This document shows, in pieces, positions 48,637 through 51,840 of a stretch of DNA of 51,840 bases. Within the stretch, counting starts at the first letter, position 1. Every line of letters starts with the position of its first letter. The stretch comes from a bacterium. GTDB taxonomy: Bacteria; Patescibacteriota; Doudnabacteria; UBA920; VMFF01. A program made the position numbers and the translations under genes. The DNA lies in the NCBI GenBank assembly GCA_027348385.1, contig DAIEPO010000002.1, positions 1 to 51,840 of the forward strand, written 5' to 3'. The notes under the pieces were generated by a model. It ran no database searches. It had not been told where the DNA came from and saw nothing but the letters and a program-made list of their open reading frames with translations.

Positions 48637-49182
48637 ATGATGACCCGAAACCGGGCCGCTCCACTGGTGGCGATGATCGTGATCGTCGCTGCCACGATGC
48701 TCATCGCCGTGACGCCTGCACAGGCCACCGCGACGACCCAGACCAAGCTTCAGCAGTTCAACGAAGCGCCGGCCATCAACCAGGCCGCCATCGCCACCCC
48801 CGCCGACTTCGGCTTGGCCCTGGAGGTGGCCAGTCCCCCCGATGTTGCGTGGGCGAGTTCCAACCAGGTGTTCGCGAACTACACGGCTGCTTCGGTCTCG
48901 ACGCGCGCTGCCCCGGTCAACGTGGCCCTGGTGACGAATTCGACGGTTGACGCGAAGAAGAACCTCGTGCTCGGCGCCGCTCGCGCCGCGCCGCTGGCCG
49001 CTCAGAACAACAACCTCACGTACTCGGCCGCCGGCAACGCTGCGAACGACTTCAAGATGAACCTCGTGATCGAGAATACCCGCGTCGCGCCGGCTACGAA
49101 CGACATGAAGATCGCCGCGATCGGCCAGATCAACGACGCGAAGAAGACCGCTGCGAGCTACGGCGCCGTCGACGGCGCCTGA
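48637..49182 (+). CDS. secreted Ala/Asn-rich protein (181 aa), hypothetical, very GC-rich
   Basis: AAGGAGG 7 nt upstream of the ATG. Signal peptide MMTRNRAAPLVAMIVIVAATMLIAVTPAQA with an AQA-T cleavage-type site. Marked G/C preference at third codon positions in this frame only. Confidence 0.7.
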   Translation: MMTRNRAAPLVAMIVIVAATMLIAVTPAQATATTQTKLQQFNEAPAINQAAIATPADFGLALEVASPPDVAWASSNQVFANYTAASVSTRAAPVNVALVTNSTVDAKKNLVLGAARAAPLAAQNNNLTYSAAGNAANDFKMNLVIENTRVAPATNDMKIAAIGQINDAKKTAASYGAVDGA

Positions 49183-49393
49183 CGCTCGGCTCCACGAGCC
49201 GAGGTCGACCGGGGTTGGCACCGGAATTCCGGTCAAGGTAATGTCGTGAGGTAGCAACCAGAGCAGTACAAGAAGCCCAAGGTTCGCAACCTTGCGCTGT
49301 CCTCATGCGTACATGAACGAGTGCCAAGCCCCGCTTGGCCTCGGCTCCTTGAACCCCGACCCGCACCACAATGCAGGCCGGGGTTCATGCTTT

Positions 49394-50428
49394 CTATTTC
49401 AATTCTAACTGCGGGTTAACTTTTAACTTTGTATATTTAACTGGTTTAAAACCACCCTGTACTTTGATGGCAGCTGCATTTGCAATCATTAAAGCATTGT
49501 CAGTACACAGAGAAAAATCTGGTACATAGAATTTGTTATATATTTTACGACTGGCTGAAGCCAGTTTTTTTCGTAAGAGTTTGTTAGCAGCAACCCCACC
49601 TGAAAGAGTTATACTTTTAGTTTTGTATTTTTCCGCTGCTCTTATGGTCTTTTTAACTAAAACATCAATCACTGCTTCTTGAAAAGAGCAGGCAAGATTT
49701 GCTTTTGTTTGTGGGTTTTTTAAATTTAGTTTTTCATCACGTATTTTGTAAAGTACTGCTGTTTTTAATCCTGCAAAACTAAAGTCAAAGTTTTTTGTAT
49801 TAAGCATGGGTCTTGGGAAAGCATAGTCTTCAAATCCTTTTTTCTTTGCTTTCTTAGCCCACTTAGAAATTTCGGGTCCACCTGGGTATGCTAAGCCAAG
49901 CATTTTAGCAACTTTATCAAACGCTTCTCCTGCTGCATCATCTACAGTTGATCCAAGGATTTTAAATTTGTTTTTCTTTGTAAGGAGGATTAAATATGTA
50001 TGACCTCCTGAAACAATGAGGTTCACGCTAGGAAGTTTAATCTTTGGATCACTAACAAAAGCAGAGTAGAGGTGTCCGAGCATGTGGTTTGTAGGAATGA
50101 CTTTTTTGTTCAAGGCCAAAGCAAGACCTTTGGTGTATTCAGTTCCAACTAAAAGTGAGCTAACTAAACCAGGACCATTTGTTACAGCAAAATAGTCGAT
50201 TGATTCAAGAGGGGTTTTCGCGTCTTTTAAGGCTTTTTGAACAACCCTTGATATTTTTGAGATGTGTGCTCGGGCTGCAACCTCAGGCACAACTCCTTCG
50301 GTTTTTTTGTGTATTAATATCTGCGAAGAAACAATATTACTTAGTTTTTTAACACCTGATTTTTTCCCTGCTAAAACAACCGCTGCTGATGTTTCATCAC
50401 AAGAGCTTTCTATTGCCAGTATTTTCAT
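49394..50428 (-). CDS. tsaD: tRNA N6-adenosine threonylcarbamoyltransferase TsaD
   Basis: MKILAIESSCDETSAAV start, GVVPEVAARAH, and GGVAAN. Confidence 0.95.
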   Translation of the reverse strand: MKILAIESSCDETSAAVVLAGKKSGVKKLSNIVSSQILIHKKTEGVVPEVAARAHISKISRVVQKALKDAKTPLESIDYFAVTNGPGLVSSLLVGTEYTKGLALALNKKVIPTNHMLGHLYSAFVSDPKIKLPSVNLIVSGGHTYLILLTKKNKFKILGSTVDDAAGEAFDKVAKMLGLAYPGGPEISKWAKKAKKKGFEDYAFPRPMLNTKNFDFSFAGLKTAVLYKIRDEKLNLKNPQTKANLACSFQEAVIDVLVKKTIRAAEKYKTKSITLSGGVAANKLLRKKLASASRKIYNKFYVPDFSLCTDNALMIANAAAIKVQGGFKPVKYTKLKVNPQLELK

Positions 50429-51165
50429 TCAATTTCTTCTAAGTTTTTGAGTTCTTGCTCGACAGCAAGTTCCCAGTTGTCGCTTTGATGACCAACGTAT
50501 TTTCTAACTATTTTCTTTGGAGTATCAAGACCTGCTTGGATATAGTAGGTTTCGAGGATGCGGTTTACATCTGCTACTGCTTCATCGTAGTTTTTGTATT
50601 TCTTCATGTTCCAAGCTCCACCAATGCCCCAGCAGTTGTTTGTTACTTGGTGTTTACAAAAAGAACTTTCAGCACGAGAAATGGCAATAATAAGTTTCCA
50701 CTGGCTTTGTTCTGAGATTGCATCAACATGATCTGCAAGTGGGGTACCTTTGGCTCTGAGATATTTTTCTAAAAACTCTTTTCGTTTTTTTAGAGGATCA
50801 GGTAAAATCATGCCTTCTTTAGGCAAGTAAACCTCATCAGGTGCAAGACGAACGTTTGGATCAAATACAGGGACGTCAGGTTTATCTAGTATTGCTAGTT
50901 CGTTTGCTTTTCTTGGAAGTTCTTGAGTTATTAAGGCTTGTTGCTTTGGTGCATTGATTGCTGCAAGCCCTTGGCTAGTTGCAATTGAGAATATGAAAGT
51001 AACTACAAAAGTAATTGCAATTGTTGATATTTGTCTTTTATCAAAAAAAGAAAAAAAGTGAATTTTCTTTACAGAGAAAAAAGTTTTTTGCGTTGGTTGT
51101 TTTTTTGTTTCAACGCGCTTTGCGATATATTGGGGATTTTTTCTAATTCCGTCTATGCTTCTCAT
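50425..51165 (-). CDS. membrane-anchored hypothetical protein (possible muramidase-like C-terminal domain)
   Basis: One TM helix (IAITFVVTFIFSIA). The C-terminal domain contains AISRAESSFCK...NCWGIGG. Start at 51165 is favoured because TATAAT lies 7 nt upstream. The alternative start is 51174. Confidence 0.45.
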   Translation of the reverse strand: MRSIDGIRKNPQYIAKRVETKKQPTQKTFFSVKKIHFFSFFDKRQISTIAITFVVTFIFSIATSQGLAAINAPKQQALITQELPRKANELAILDKPDVPVFDPNVRLAPDEVYLPKEGMILPDPLKKRKEFLEKYLRAKGTPLADHVDAISEQSQWKLIIAISRAESSFCKHQVTNNCWGIGGAWNMKKYKNYDEAVADVNRILETYYIQAGLDTPKKIVRKYVGHQSDNWELAVEQELKNLEEIE

Positions 51166-51172
51166 ATCTCTC

Positions 51173-51178
51173 ATTATA
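51173..51178 (-). promoter_or_regulatory. -10 box TATAAT 7 nt upstream of ATG 51165
   Basis: Minus strand reads TATAAT-gagagat-ATG. Confidence 0.4.
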
Positions 51179-51204
51179 TCATAAAAACATGATGTAAAGT
51201 TGAC

Positions 51205-51233
51205 TTGACATTAATAATCCACTACGTTAATAT
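51205..51233 (+). promoter_or_regulatory. promoter TTGACA-17-TAATAT for msrB
   Basis: TTGACAttaataatccactacgtTAATAT. The msrB ATG has an AAAGGAGAG SD. Confidence 0.45.
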
Positions 51234-51253
51234 ATTTAAAGAAAGGAGAGAGC

Positions 51254-51664
51254 ATGGATACTAGCAAAGTGTTAAAAAGCGAAGAAGATTGGAAAAAAGA
51301 GTTAACTCCAGAGCAATATCATATTATGAGAGAAAGGGGTACCGAGGCTCCTTTTAGTGGAGTGTATGTAAATACCAAGGAAAAAGGAATGTTTCAGTGT
51401 GCTGCTTGTGGCAACCAATTATTTTCTTCAGACACAAAATTTGATTCAGGTACTGGTTGGCCAAGTTTTGATCAGGCAATTCCAGGAAGCGTAGAAATGC
51501 ATGAAGACACTTCAGCTGGAATGAGCAGAACAGAAGTTGTTTGTTCTAAGTGTGGGGCACACCTTGGTCATGTTTTTGACGATGGCCCGATGCAAAGCAC
51601 AGGCAAGAGATATTGCATTAATTCTGCTTGTTTGGTGTTGAAAAAAGAGGGTAACGGGGAATGA
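51254..51664 (+). CDS. msrB: peptide-methionine (R)-S-oxide reductase MsrB
   Basis: CAACGNQLF...GWPSF...[16 protein letters not shown]...RYCINS. Confidence 0.95.
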   Translation: MDTSKVLKSEEDWKKELTPEQYHIMRERGTEAPFSGVYVNTKEKGMFQCAACGNQLFSSDTKFDSGTGWPSFDQAIPGSVEMHEDTSAGMSRTEVVCSKCGAHLGHVFDDGPMQSTGKRYCINSACLVLKKEGNGE

Positions 51665-51840
51665 TTCAAATAATATTTGCATTACTGGCGGGTGTGTTGA
51701 CTGTTGGAGCGCCTTGTATTTTACCTGTACTTCCGATTGTTCTTGGAGCCTCAATTGGCAGAGAGAGCAAGACAAGACCATTGTTCTTAACCCTTGGTTT
51801 TATTCTCAGCTTTGTTTTTGTATCTTTAGTTTTCTCTGTG
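51661..51840 (+). CDS. ccdA: cytochrome c biogenesis/thiol-disulfide transporter CcdA (DsbD family), N-terminal part (3' end outside window)
   Basis: Hand translation gives [33 protein letters not shown]..., containing the CxxP motif. ATGA overlap with the msrB stop. Confidence 0.7.
   Translation, partial: MIQIIFALLAGVLTVGAPCILPVLPIVLGASIGRESKTRPLFLTLGFILSFVFVSLVFSV

Noticed and set aside
44953-49232. The shared 12-mer palindrome CCGGAATTCCGG in the rpoC terminator (44953-44964) and in the tail of cassette 3 (49221-49232), as evidence for a common mobile element or cloning artefact.
   Set aside because: It is a short, self-complementary sequence with no extended similarity around it. I cannot distinguish this from chance without a genome-wide count.
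48486-49369. Long ORFs on other frames and strands of cassette 3: 48613-49257 minus (214 aa), 48486-48950 plus (154 aa), 49130-49369 minus (79 aa, poly-Arg tail) and 48522-48746 minus.
   Set aside because: High-GC DNA produces long stop-free frames by chance. Only 48637-49182 plus has an SD, a signal peptide and third-position G/C enrichment. The others are Arg/Gly/Pro-rich nonsense overlapping it.
1-51840. CRISPR arrays, rRNA genes, transposases, integrases and prophage genes.
   Set aside because: I found no regularly spaced direct repeats, no rRNA-like conserved stretches, and no ORF with recombinase or transposase motifs. The GC-rich cassettes therefore lack an identifiable mobility mechanism.

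Overview
This is a densely packed, low-GC bacterial chromosome segment. Sampled 60-nt lines give about 35-40% GC. Gene content and compact protein sizes suggest a small-genome Patescibacteria/CPR-type organism, which is an inference.

Ordinary content:
- The replication-origin neighbourhood: rpmH-rnpA-yidD-yidC-jag on the minus strand, diverging from dnaA-dnaN-recF-DUF721.
- rpoB-rpoC.
- Repair and recombination genes: ruvA, ruvB, ruvC, uvrB, polA.
- tyrS and valS.
- The t6A genes tsaE, a tsaB-like gene and tsaD.
- Envelope genes: PBP1A, an O-antigen-ligase-like protein, VanW, FemAB and a Mur ligase.
- A PilB-type ATPase and a type IV pilin.
- Two ABC systems, and msrB-ccdA.

Unusual content:
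1. Three sharply bounded GC-rich cassettes with no mobility genes.
   - About 8440-10020: DAHP synthase plus a chorismate mutase carrying an unknown C-terminal domain.
   - About 28113-29100: two related small membrane proteins.
   - About 48535-49390: a Sec-signal, Ala/Asn-rich secreted protein followed by a structured tail.
2. An aromatic-rich leader peptide with terminator/antiterminator logic in front of a tyrA-pheA fusion gene.
3. A recurrent TANNNT-N6/7-ATG arrangement at about ten operon-leading genes, implying widespread leaderless mRNAs.
4. A T-box-like antiterminator upstream of valS.
5. A non-canonical tRNA-like element inside a 20-bp inverted repeat, bracketed by duplicated terminators downstream of rpoC.
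6. A TsaB-like ORF that reads without a stop into a type IV prepilin.

I saw no rRNA, canonical tRNA, CRISPR array, transposase or integrase.
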